A stretch of DNA of 64,000 nucleotides, taken from Macrostomum lignano (taxonomy: Eukaryota). Below are positions 37,200-48,113 of the stretch, piece by piece. The notes under the pieces were generated by a model, which made no database searches, was not told where the DNA came from, and saw nothing but the letters and a program-made list of their open reading frames with translations. The stretch lies in the NCBI GenBank assembly GCA_002269645.1, contig NIVC01002254.1, positions 62,001 through 126,000 on the forward strand. The letters are read 5' to 3'. A program made the position numbers and the translations under genes. Position 1 is the first letter of the stretch. Every line of letters starts with the position of its first letter.

Positions 37200-38156
37200 T
37201 CAGTCGGCCCCCTGCTTCCTGAAGGCCACCATTGAGTCACCATTCTCTCCATCAGCGTCTCTGTCGTCTTGCCGTCTTCCGCCAGACGGTGCGCGCCTTC
37301 GCTGCCACCTGCTCCGAAGGTAATCTAGCAGGTTGAAGACCAGCTCGACCAGTTCGGCCACGCAGATCAACGTGATGCCGCTGAACAGGGCCAGAGCTCC
37401 ACCAATCTGACCAATCAGAGACGAGCTCTCCATCACCCAGTGCTCCTTCTGCTTCACGGCGTGATGCTTGGAGAAGCTGAGCACCAGAGTTAGAAAATTC
37501 TTCTCCAAATAGTCTGTGGAGTTGAGCCAGGCCTCGGCTTCGGCCATTCGATTCAGCTTCTTCATCTTCATCGCGTTAGCGTACGCTTCGAACGGCGCCG
37601 GGTCGCGTCTGTACAGCTCCGAGTTGAAGATGTACTCGCTGAATATCTCCAGCGCCGAGGACTTGGTGACACCGATCGAGGAGCTGTGAGCGACGGTGTG
37701 ACGCACAAAAGTGCAGCTGCCTCGACATTCGTAGTTCTCGTTGAGTTTCGCCCGTTCCAGCAGGAACTGCTTCACTTTCGGGTTCACGTGACGCCCGTCG
37801 TCGCCTTTGCTGTCCACATCAAGGATGCAGTGCAGTTGCTTGTAGTCCAACTGCGATGCGTTCAAATCCTGACGCAGGCAGAGCGGGTAGCGGGACAGAT
37901 CCTCTCCCCGCGGCACCCGCTGCGGCATGGTCTGGGTGCTGCAGCCGCACAGCTGTCTGTACAGATCCGTGATCTGGGTGAACTTGCACAGGTCCGGGTA
38001 GTACTTGCTCCGGTGGTACTGGCCGGCCAAGTAAAAATCCACGAATTCTTCAGCTGGCTTCGGCTCGCAGTCTTTGACGTGCAGCACCTGTTTCTGTTTC
38101 ACGTGAATTATGTTCTGCGTGCCGGGCAGCACGAACAGGCCGTCCTCGATTTCAAC
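37200..38156 (-). CDS. DEG/ENaC family channel, exon 3 (cysteine-rich thumb, TM2, C-tail)
   Basis: Acceptor cccaccctgcAG, phase 0; VEIEDGLFVLPG...LCGC...EKNFLTLVLSF...SLIGQIGGALALFSGITLICVAELVEL. Confidence 0.9.
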   Translation of the reverse strand, partial: VEIEDGLFVLPGTQNIIHVKQKQVLHVKDCEPKPAEEFVDFYLAGQYHRSKYYPDLCKFTQITDLYRQLCGCSTQTMPQRVPRGEDLSRYPLCLRQDLNASQLDYKQLHCILDVDSKGDDGRHVNPKVKQFLLERAKLNENYECRGSCTFVRHTVAHSSSIGVTKSSALEIFSEYIFNSELYRRDPAPFEAYANAMKMKKLNRMAEAEAWLNSTDYLEKNFLTLVLSFSKHHAVKQKEHWVMESSSLIGQIGGALALFSGITLICVAELVELVFNLLDYLRSRWQRRRAPSGGRRQDDRDADGENGDSMVAFRKQGAD

Positions 38157-38373
38157 CTGCAGGGTGGGAAGGAGAGTTAGCTAGCTACGAGTTAAAAGTT
38201 AGTTAAAGCTAGTTATGCCCTGTGAATGGATTACGCGCGCAGAATGTATTTTCTCGTAGTACGCGACGATGCTAAATAGCGTTTGATATAGATTCCATGC
38301 GGATGTAGCGAAGAGGTGATAATGGTGTAAGGCGAATGGGATGAGGATTAGTTTCTTAGTTAGAGGCCGGGAG

Positions 38374-38629
38374 CTGAGCAGGCACACAAGCGCGCGGATA
38401 CCTATGCAGTCATACGCACAGGCACACTCACACAGGAGTGTACAGCGGCCCTAACTTTATCGATCTTTAGACATATACACTTCACTGTGCCTTAAGCTGG
38501 GCGTTAATTGCACGAGCAGAGCCAAGCCGAGATTCCAATTTAGCCCCAAATCAATGTGACAGCACTTGGAATCGAGCCTGGGCCGCTGGCACATCAGAGC
38601 GCCGCGCTAGAGCACTGGGCTACGGCACC
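38374..38629 (-). mobile_element. tRNA-derived SINE, family 2, in ENaC intron 2
   Basis: Minus-strand head ggtgccgtagcccagtg...ggctcgattcc (A and B boxes); body homologous to the inverted copy at 38763-38881. Confidence 0.6.
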
Positions 38630-38654
38630 CGGATATGGGATGAGGATGGGACAG

Positions 38655-38881
38655 AGTAGCTTAAGCGGCCTCGCTAACCTTGGTTTGACTCTGTGCGTTG
38701 CCACATTAATTTGGGGCTTGTGGGTCGTCGTGACATTCACACCCACATGATTGCCAACCCCCAAGGCACAGAGACTGTACATGCCAGACGATTTGTAAGC
38801 CAGAGGCTGCTGTACACCCTGTGTGAGTGTGTGCCTGTGCGTGTGACTGCGTGCAGCATTGGCGCTCTTGCATGTGCTCAG
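38655..38881 (+). mobile_element. Second, diverged, 5'-degenerate copy of SINE family 2, inverted relative to 38374-38629
   Basis: aaggcacag...gctgtacaccctgtgtgagtgtgtgcctgtgcgtgtgactgc matches the reverse complement of 38374-38493. Confidence 0.55.
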
Positions 38882-39020
38882 GATTGCATGTGCTCGCAGC
38901 CAAAAAAATACGCGTATTTGAGATGATGGATGCCAGAAGAATCCGATGAGGATATTTGTAGTAGAAATCATAGGCGCCACATCAAGTTCTCTGATCAAAA
39001 AAACGTCAGATTTCAAGTAC

Positions 39021-39453
39021 CGGATAGTCGTGATCGTGGTGCAGGTACAGTATGATGCCCTTGCGGAGCGTGGCCGGGTTCTCCAGCATGCAGTACCAGC
39101 AGTTGACATTGTCAGCCGGCGATCTCAGCAGCACGTGCAGCACCACCTTTTTCACCTGGCCGCCCCGCTTGAGTCGGACAGTTTGGCAGTGCGAGTAGCC
39201 GGGGATGTAGCGAAATTCCACCGAGGCAAAGTCCGGATCGTCAGAGCAGCGCTTCACCTGGTTGATGCTGTTGTTAACGTAGTGCACGTGACAGCTCTCC
39301 CGCATAATGAGGCTGTCGGCTTCCGTTAATTTGAGAACTTCGCTCATGTTTAAGTGATCGTGATAGACTTGGGGCTCGAGCAGTTTGAAGAGAATATTTA
39401 ATCTGTCTTCCTCGTCCAGCGAAGAGTTCTGAACTAGGTCGATTATTTTGTGC
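39021..39453 (-). CDS. DEG/ENaC family channel, exon 2
   Basis: Acceptor cccttttcAG (phase 2), donor tatccg/GTACTT (phase 0); ...YSHCQTV...GIILYLHHDHDYP. Confidence 0.85.
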
Positions 39454-39664
39454 CTGAAAAGGGTAGGAAGGATTTTCTATTTTATAACTCGTCTACAAGA
39501 AATTTTTGGCTTCTTGAAAAAAATTAATTTCAATTGAAAATTAACCACATTGACTTGCGATAGAACACCTTGGAGAACTAACGATGACAGATCCGGTAGA
39601 GACATTACAGGAGAATCAGGACCCGTCAAGTGTTCCCACTAATTAGAAACAACTGATGGAGGGA

Positions 39665-39840
39665 CAACCGGTGAAGGAAGAACCGGCAGAGGAAGAACCG
39701 GTAGAGGAAGAACCGGTAGAAGAAGATCCGGTAGAGGAAGATCCGGTAGAGGAAGATACGGTAGAGGAAGAACCGGTAGAGGAAGAACCGGTAGAGGAAG
39801 ATCCGGTAGAGGAAGAACCGGTAGAGGAAGAACCTGATAG
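39665..39840 (+). repeat. 15-bp minisatellite (ccggtagaggaagaa) in ENaC intron 1
   Basis: Direct reading; same family at 45230-45450. Confidence 0.9.
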
Positions 39841-39884
39841 AGGAAGTTGCTAAGGTGAGAAACTGCCGAGCTCAACACGCTCAC

Positions 39885-40228
39885 CTGTACGCATCTGGTG
39901 TGAGGTTGGTGTAATGCAGCATGACAGCGGAGATCGGCTTGAAATTGCAAATAGTGAAGGACGGAAACGGCGGCAGTGGCTCCCACTTCATGTTGGAGAA
40001 CATGGTGTCGCCGCGCATGTAGATGCTGACCGTCCCTGTGAGGTTCCACAGGAACAGGACGAACAGGACCAACACTGAGGCAGTCCACAGGGTCTTGAGC
40101 AGTGGGCTGCGGCTTGAGAAGATTCTCGGAATTCCCCTGACCGTGGATCGGCGCAGACAGTCGGAGAAAATTGCGGCCAACGAGACGTCAGAGGCGCCGT
40201 CTTCAGAGGGCGGCTGCGCTGTGGCCAT
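39885..40228 (-). CDS. DEG/ENaC family channel, exon 1; model join(40228-39885,39453-39021,38156-37200), 577 aa
   Basis: STVRGIPRI pre-TM1 segment, TM1 LWTASVLVLFVLFLWNL, FPSFTICN signature; donor acag/GTGAGC. Confidence 0.9.
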
Positions 40229-40859
40229 GGCGGTAAAATGGAACAGGGATCATTCCCACTGCAAAGAAATTGGAGAGGGATTTAAATCCCCAAGCAAACG
40301 CGTCTCCCTTTCTCGATCCCCAGTTCAGACGGCAGCGCATTGGCTGTGAGCGGGGGGGTACTTTTGTCGAGTAATTTTTTAATGGCAGAGGCGCCGATAC
40401 TGGCACTTAGCCGTCCATGGACTTCTACACTACGTACCTGGATGGGGAAAATATAATTGGGCGAAAAACAAAAACACGTCTACGCTCGTAGCAAGAGGAG
40501 TCCATGGTTCTCGTTAAACTATTTTTACGATTTACGAGCGTAATGTCAGTCTCTTACTCCGCACGTCGTCGTTACTGATTGCAAAATCGGGCTGGTATCC
40601 CTTACTTAACTGATAGCAGCTGAGCTGGGGAGTAGCAGAGAAGCAGACAGGGTGTGAGTGCAAATTCATTCCTGCATAACTGTCGCTGCATTGCAATGCG
40701 GAATTCCATCCCAGTCATCGTTATGGGGGCGCTCGGGGGTTTTTGCTAAAAAGTCAAAATGCACTTTTTTGGCGGTAAAATTCTAAGAGTCTGTCTGTCT
40801 GAGTCTGAGCATACAAATTCGGCAGTAATTGACGACTTAAATTGTTATTTGGAGGGGAA

Positions 40860-41337
40860 TTCTCTCGAGGGGAATTCTCTTGTCACTCTAGAACACGCGA
40901 GGGAAATTCTCTTGTAACTCTAGAACACGCGAGAGGAATTCTCTTCTTGTCACTCTAGCCCACACGAGGGGAGTTATCTTGTCACTCTAGAATACATGAG
41001 GGGAATTTCTCTATTCACTCTAGTACACATGAGGGGAATTTATCTATTCACTCTAGCACACATGAGGGGAATTTCTCTATTCACTCTAGCACACATGAGG
41101 GGAATTTCTCTATTCACTCTAGCACACATGAGGGGAATTTCTCTATTCACTCTAGCACACATGAGGGGAATTTATCTATTCACTCTAGCACACATGAGGG
41201 GAATTTCTCTATTCACTCTAGTACACATGAGGGGAATTTCTCAATCCACTCTAGTACACATGAGGGGAATTTCTCTATTCACTCTAGCACACATGAGGGG
41301 AATTTCTCTATTCACTCTAGCACACATGAGTGGAATT
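40860..41337 (+). repeat. 33-bp minisatellite (atgaggggaatttctctattcactctagcacac)
   Basis: Direct reading; degenerate at the 5' end. Confidence 0.9.
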
Positions 41338-41804
41338 TCCGAAAACGATGTTTTAATTAGCTAAATGAATTATTGCACTGAAAAAAGATTTATCAGCTTG
41401 AAACAGCTTTAATTATAACAACTGCTATCAGACAGCAAGCTTTTAAATTGTATTCAATCAATTTTATTTTATTTTGATTTTATATTTGTCCCTAGCAAAC
41501 CTATTTTATTAATGAAGAGGGTATAACAATAGCATGATCAATAAGTAGGTACAACAGACAGAAAATATGAAATACAATGTAAAGGGCAATAAAATAAGAT
41601 TAATATTGTCATAATTCAGTTCTCCAACAAGCTGAAACTCAAAGGCAGCAGATCTTTTATTACAAGATTATGTTGCGCATGCACTGTCAAATACAATTGC
41701 TGTAGTATAAATTTTTCAAACTTGCGGGCCAGACACCTATAAAGTGTTTCTATTTCGTTTATTTCCTAGGTCCCCTTCCTGAAACCCACCATGATTTTCA
41801 GCCC

Positions 41805-42780
41805 GATCCCGATCCTGATCTCATTTTGAATCACAACCCCTGATCCCAATCTTGATCCGCATCCAGATCCCATCCTGATTCCATCCTGATCCCCATGATG
41901 CTCTCCATCCTGATCCCCATCCTGATCCCCACCCTGATCCCCACCCTGATCCCTATCCTGATCCCCATCCTGATCCCTATCCTGATCCCCATCCTGATCC
42001 CCATCATGCTCTCCATCCTGATCCCCATCCTAATCCCCATCCTGATCACCATCCTGATCCCATCCTGATTCCATCCTGATCCCCATCCTAATCCCCATTT
42101 TGATCCCATCCTGATCCCCACCCTGATCCCCATCATGCTCTCCATCCTGATCCCCATCCTAATCTCCATTCTGATCCCCATCCTGATCACCATCCTGATC
42201 CCCATCCTGATCCCCATCCTGATCCCCATCCTGATCCCCATCCTGATCCCCATCCTGATCCCCATCCTGATCACCATCCTGATCCCCATCCTGATCCCCA
42301 TCCTGATCCCCACCCTGATCTCTATCTTAGTCCTTATCCTGATCCCCACCCTGATCCCTATCTTAGTCCTTATCCTGATCCCCATCCTGATCCCCATCCT
42401 GATCCCCATCCTGATCCCCATCCTGATTCCCATCCTGATCCCCATCCTGATCCCCATCATGTTCCCCATCCTGATCCCCATCCTGATTCCCACCCTGATC
42501 CCTATCTTAGTCCTTATCCTGATCCTCATCCTGATCCCTATCCTGATCCCCATTTTGATCTCCATCCTGCTCCCATCCTAATTCCTAATCTGATCCCAAT
42601 CTTGATCCTCATCCTGATACCCATCCTGATCCCCATCCTGATCCCCATTTTGATCCCCATCCTGATACCCATCCTGATCCCCATCCTGATCCCCATTTCG
42701 ATCCCCATCCTGATCTTCATCTTGATCCACATCCTGATTTCCATCCTGATCCCCACCATGATCCCCACCATGATCCCCAC
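41805..42780 (+). repeat. 12-bp repeat (atcctgatcccc)
   Basis: Direct reading. Confidence 0.95.
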
Positions 42781-42854
42781 TGTTCTACAGCAGAATCAGT
42801 CTAACTAAAACGCTCTTCATATCTTCATCGAAAAGAGTCCACGCCATCCCAGTA

Positions 42855-43349
42855 TCACCGGCCGCTGCAGACGTCTAGCTGGGGCATGTACAACCGCGGC
42901 ATCTCCGGCGCCTGTTGCTGCAGCTGGTGATGAAACTGGTAGTGCTGGTGCTGCTGCAGCTGCTGAAGCTGCTGATGATGATGCTGCAGGTTGGAGTAGG
43001 GCGGATAAGCCGGAATTCGCTCCAGAATCCGAGTCAGCTGACCAGGCAGGTGCGGCTCGCGCCAAGCGCACAGCGTAGCCTCCTCGGTGCGCCTCATCAG
43101 CGCGGCTTTGGGGGTCTCACCCCGACGATTCAGGGCGTACATTCCGTCTGCTCCACTCGGGTAGGTGCGAAACACCTCGTCTAAGGTGCTGTCTATGATT
43201 TTGGGACTGGCCTTGGACATGGCGAAGTGCAAGTGGTTGCACCTGTCTGCCAAACTGCCGCACAGGTGGTGCAACTGGGCTCCGTGGGAGATTAGCACGG
43301 ATATGAGGTTAGAGTACTGCTCGGTGAGTAGGCAGATGGAGAGCGGAGT
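42855..43349 (-). CDS. Ankyrin-repeat protein (IkB-like), last exon
   Basis: Acceptor accacccAG, phase 0; TPLSICLL...LISHGA...NHLHFAM...LNRRGETP, followed by a Q/H-rich tail. Confidence 0.75.
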   Translation of the reverse strand, partial: TPLSICLLTEQYSNLISVLISHGAQLHHLCGSLADRCNHLHFAMSKASPKIIDSTLDEVFRTYPSGADGMYALNRRGETPKAALMRRTEEATLCAWREPHLPGQLTRILERIPAYPPYSNLQHHHQQLQQLQQHQHYQFHHQLQQQAPEMPRLYMPQLDVCSGR

Positions 43350-43397
43350 CTGGGTGGTTGGGAGGAGAGATATTTCGTTGCTTTGTCATTCGTCTCC

Positions 43398-43630
43398 ATG
43401 TCACTCCGTCTCAATGTCACTCCGTCTCAATGTCACTCCGTCTCAATGTCACTCCGTCTCAATGTCACTCCGTCTCAATGTCACTCCGTCTCAATGTCAC
43501 TCCGTCTCAATGTCACTCCGTCTCAATGTCACTCCGTCTCAATGTCACTCCGTCTCAATGTCACTCCGTCTCAATGTCACTCCGTCTCAATGTCACTCCG
43601 TCTCAATGTCACTCCGTCTCAATGTTACTC
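43398..43630 (+). repeat. 16-bp minisatellite (tgtcactccgtctcaa) in the ankyrin gene intron
   Basis: Direct reading. Confidence 0.95.
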
Positions 43631-43718
43631 CATCTCAGTGCCAGTCTCACTCTGACATACTGACATAAATTCACAATGTCACTCCATCACAGCGTCAGTA
43701 CGATGCCATGTCACTCAC

Positions 43719-43860
43719 GCAGCCGCAGCGGTTGGCCAGGTTGATGTAGCTGCCCAAGTAACCAACCGAGGCCAGGTCAGACAGAAGTCGGCACAGAGTG
43801 TCAGCCGTCTGCGAAGGCTTAGATCGACTTTCGGGCGACTCTAACAGCCGGTGAATTGGC
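43719..43860 (-). CDS. Ankyrin-repeat protein (IkB-like), middle exon
   Basis: Acceptor aataaccAG (phase 2), donor tgc/GTGAGT (phase 0); PIHRLLES...INLANRCGC joins TPL. Confidence 0.7.
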
Positions 43861-44119
43861 CTGGTTATTGATAAATTTATTGAAGCGTGACATTTTCATT
43901 CTACTGTTGCCAATTCATTGGCATTTTAATCATCGGTAATGTCACTCCATCCAGATGTCACTCTATCTAGATGTCACTCTATCCAGATGTCACTATCCAG
44001 ATGTCACTATCCAGATGTCACCTGATGGTGTTCTATCAGTATGTCACTCAGATGTCACAGTTTAGACTTGTAAGCTTCAATTCAGTGCCAAGCTATGCTC
44101 ACTCTGACCCAACACTCAC

Positions 44120-44331
44120 GTGTTCAGCGTGTCCTGATCGATGGCAAACTCTGCTGGCCTTCGCATCTGCAGGTGCAGCCGCAGCCGCTCTCGCGTCAAC
44201 TCCTGGCACGAGCCGGAGACCCTCTGCTGCTGGTGCCCCGGCTCACTGCAGTCGCTGTTCGTCCCCAGCTGCTTGAAATTCAAGGCGCTGCACCGCTGTG
44301 AACCTCTTGTAGAAGCTGACGCTGCTGACAT
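44120..44331 (-). CDS. Ankyrin-repeat protein (IkB-like), first coding exon; model 282 aa
   Basis: ATG with an in-frame TGA two codons upstream; ...AIDQDTLNT; donor ac/GTGAGT in phase 2 gives NTPIH across the junction. Confidence 0.6.
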
Positions 44332-44426
44332 GATTCAATAGTAGATTTTGGAATCTTTCCTGCTGCATTCGAAGCGATCCCGGCAGCTTTGATCCGCGCG
44401 CTACATAACACAGAGTCGGAGCGGTA

Positions 44427-44455
44427 TCACGTGACTAAGATTGCCCCCAGCCAAT
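44427..44455. promoter_or_regulatory. E-box (TCACGTGA) and CCAAT motif upstream of the ankyrin gene
   Basis: Motif matches ~100-125 nt upstream of ATG 44331; motif match only. Confidence 0.3.
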
Positions 44456-44929
44456 GAGAGTCTGGCCCTCATCCTCCAGCATCCTTATTATTATTAGTAA
44501 TGTGCGGAGAAAGTGTTTACAAACTAAACTCCACTGCCATTCGCAAATTTAGTCTAAGCAGGAAAAGTTAGAAGCTTCCGATTCCATGCGCCAGACAGAT
44601 TCAGGAAATTGAAAAGCTGATTGATAAAAATAGTAGCAAAAATTGTTTCTGGACAAGAATTGTTTACAGGGACTGAACAATTATGACTGAGTTTGGTAGC
44701 TGAGTTTACATCGTCAGTCGTTGATCGCTTGCCGCTCCAACTGACACAAACAGCATTGGTAGGCAGAGCTGCATTCTGCCATGTCCTTAAGTAGCATTTC
44801 AGGTAGAAATTTCTAAATAAGGAAATAAAATGGAGCGAAATATGGAATATAAGCTTGCCCGATCGATACAGAACTGGTGTACATGTGCATATAGAAAGAA
44901 GCAATGCAGGAAGAGCTGCTGCAGGAATT

Positions 44930-45450
44930 ACCGGTAGTGGAAGAACCGGTGATAGAGGAGCCGGTGATATAGGAATCGGTGATAGAGGAACCGGTGATAG
45001 AGGAGCCGGTGATAGAGGAGCCGGTGATAGAGGAGCCGGTGATAGAGGAGCCGGTGATAGAGGAGCCGGTGATAGAGGAGCCGGTGATAGAGGAGCCGGT
45101 GATAGAGGAGCCGGTGATAGAGGAGCCGGTGATAGAGGAGCCGGTGATAGAAGAACCAGTAATAGAGGAACCGGTGGTTGGACAGGTGATAGAATTGGTG
45201 ATAATGATGGTAGCAAGAACCTGTAAAGGAAGAACCGGTAGAGGAAGAAACGGGTAGAAGAAGGACCGGTAGAGGAAGAACCGGTAGAGGAAGAACTGGT
45301 AGAGGAAGAACCGGGGAAGGAAGAACCGGTAGAGGAAGAACCGGTAGAGGAAGAACCGGTAGAGGAAGAACCGGTAGAGGAAGAACCAGTGAAGGAAGTA
45401 CCGGGGAAGGAAGAACCGGTAGAGGAAGAACTGGGGAAGGAAGAACCGGT
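44930..45450 (+). repeat. Two adjacent minisatellites: 18-bp gatagaggagccggt-type unit (ccggtgatagaggag), then 15-bp ccggtagaggaagaa
   Basis: Direct reading. Confidence 0.9.
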
Positions 45451-46479
45451 GCGATGTGACAATATTGCATTTGGGACGCTCCGTTTAACAACCGATTTGT
45501 AAATAAAGAAATTTGAAAGTGCACCCTACTATCAGTAGAGCAAGGTGTGTATGAATTCAAAATGGACAGATTCTGAAAAACATCTCTGGCATACCTCCAG
45601 CTGCAAGATGCGCGAGAGAACTATTTTTCAGTAGCAAAAAAACTGTTGCTAATTTTTGAGAAGCATCTGCCACCCATTCGGGGAGTAGTGGAGTTGCAGA
45701 GGATCCGCGGGAACTCTTCAGAAAGATGCGCTTTGCTTGCTGACGACAGGAAGCGAAAGAGAAGAGCTCCGGGCCGAGTCGGAGTAGCCAGGTGAAGGCA
45801 GTGGATTAGGCGAATCGAGTGGCTGGAGTGATTGATGCTGGCTGCAGGTGTATCAAATTCCTTTCTTTTTGCCCCCTGAAGAGTGTCGAAGCAATTTTCT
45901 CTCAGCATCCCAGCATCTAATCTGCATCTGTTCCTGGGCGGAAACTTTGAGAGCTCAAACTGAATAAGGGATTGGGGATGTTTTCCGCCACACCTGCTCT
46001 AGCAGAGTAGCTGACAGGCGCATTGCAGCAAATCCCTGTTCCTTTGCCTGTGCTGCGATCTCTCTGATCTCTCTCTGATCTATCCGTCTCAAGGAGAAGC
46101 TGTTTTCTCTTTCACAGCCGTCACTAAAGCAATCTGCAGTGACTGAGCTGGGGCGTGATTTTTTGCTCTAAGGCGACGCGGCAGCTGCGTTGATTAGGAG
46201 AATCCCCTCACCCACGGTTGACTAGGAAGCTGCATCCTACATTAGTAGATCCCCACGGCGGTTTCCAAGAAAGCCAGGACTCTAAGAGACTATAGCTCCC
46301 AGAAAGCATTCTACAGTATTGACAGAAAAAGAACTTTTTTGTCGTAGAGATCTGGAAAAGCTGTAACTACTAGGCCGAAAATATGGAATGATTGATCTCC
46401 TTGGATAGATAGAATAAAGCTAAGAGGGACAAAATATAGATAGAGTGGGAGAGAGATACAACGGGAGAGAAAAATAACA

Positions 46480-46940
46480 AGAGGGAGATAAAACGGGATA
46501 GAGATAGAACAGATCGGGAGAGAGATAGAACGGGAGGGAGATAGAGTGGGAGGGAGATAGAACGGGAGAGAGATAGAAGGGAAGAGAGATAGAACGGGAG
46601 AACGGGAGAGAGATAGAACGGGAGATAGATAGAACGGGAGGGAGATAGAACGGGAGGGAGATAGAACGGGAGGGAGATAGAACGGGAGGGAGATAGAACG
46701 GGAGGGAGATAGAACGGGAGGGAGATAGAACGGGAGGGAGATAGAACGGGAGGGAGATAGAACGGGAGATAGATAGAACGGGAGATAGATAGAACGGGAG
46801 GTAGATAGAACGGGAGGGAGATAGAACGGGAGATAGATAGAACGGGAGGGAGATAGAACGGGAGAGAGATAGAACGGGAGGGAGATAGAACGGGAGGGAG
46901 ATAGAACGGGAGGGAGATAGAACGGCAGGGAGATAAGACT
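46480..46940 (+). repeat. 16-bp GA-rich minisatellite (gggagggagatagaac)
   Basis: Direct reading. Confidence 0.9.
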
Positions 46941-47559
46941 AGTGAGAGATATAACGAGAGGACAGAGACTAATAGTGGGAGATTTTCAAAACGGGAGAGA
47001 CAAAAGACAGAAACACAGAAATAGAACACTGAGGATGATGGACAGAAGAGATGACAGAGAAATTTATTGAAGAAAGTTATAGGAGGAGCTTCAAACAGAG
47101 AAAAAGATTGACAGGTTTAGAGAATGAACAGAAAAATCGCTGAAAAAAGCAAGGCAAAAATAGCAATCTGCTCGTACAAAAAGTAGTCAAAAAGAGCAGC
47201 CTGAGACCACTATCGAATTTCTAAAGCACAACCGCTGGCTTCAGAAATATGCAGCAATGGAGACTGAACTGCATTTGGAGTGGCGCTCTCGTCAACAGCA
47301 GATATTTATGAGCATAGCCCATACGAGCTCAAATCCATAGCCTCAATCAGAGTCAGTAATCGCACTCGATCCCTGGCTGCTAGGGGGATGGTAGGGTGGA
47401 GCAATCTGTCACGCAAAGACCATCTGTCCCTGCGTTGTTCTGTCTCTGCCCGCCAGGGAGTATCACAGATAGTTATCTGGAGTGACAATATAACATTACT
47501 ATAGAATTATCATTACAGAAATGAAGGCCAACACCAACATATAAGTAAATTATTATTAT

Positions 47560-47598
47560 AGCCAACGCGTTTCGACACAAGCGGTCATCTTCAGAGCT
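47560..47598 (-). ncRNA. Minimal type-I hammerhead ribozyme-like motif (Penelope-like element signature)
   Basis: Minus strand agct-CUGAAGA-u-gac(cgcuugu)guc-GAAA-cgcg-UU-ggcu: conserved core, 3-bp stem II, 4-bp stem I, palindromic ACGCGU stem III. Confidence 0.6.
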
Positions 47599-48113
47599 TG
47601 CACTCATGATTCACAATTCTTTATCGTTCAAGCTTGTCTCGGTTCATCTTGTACTTCGTCCAAAAGTCTTGGAGCAAGACTTGCTGATTCATAATTAGCC
47701 ATCTCAACTTTTCTGTTGATACGAGATGATGGAGACCCTTTAGTCAGGCATATTTCTCTGGATTCAACATTCTCTGGACGTAGAAAGCAGATCAGAGTGG
47801 TAACAAAAGTCTGCATCGTCCCTATCCAGATTAAAATGAACTTTAGTCTATGGCTTCACTCTCTATCCATCAGCGAATCAAAAACAGGCTTGACCATAGA
47901 CAATCTCTACTCAACTGCGACACCCAGCCTATCGCAAATAAACCAATTGCATTGTCACATTGTCACATCGAGTCGCAGGTTAATTTGGGTCGCTGTAAAC
48001 TGTTTGTTCTTGACACTATTTGTTATAGTTTTAAATTGTTCAAATTCCGGAAACTTTTGGCTCACCCTAATAATAATAATTATCTTAACTAATTACACCT
48101 GCCCTAATGGCCA

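Noticed and set aside
38557-38629. tRNA gene
   Set aside because: A and B boxes are present but there is no convincing cloverleaf or acceptor stem, and it continues into a repeated body; treated as a SINE head.
41831-42808. GIRM / ILIP repeat ORFs, and likewise LVR/EIG at 49691-50585 and SPSLL at 35045-35920
   Set aside because: Translations of 12-, 9- and 15-bp simple repeats.
45600-45910. Possible exon or ORF (LQDARENYFSVAKK... on +; 95-aa ORF on -)
   Set aside because: No recognisable domain and no consistent splice partner; cannot be supported.
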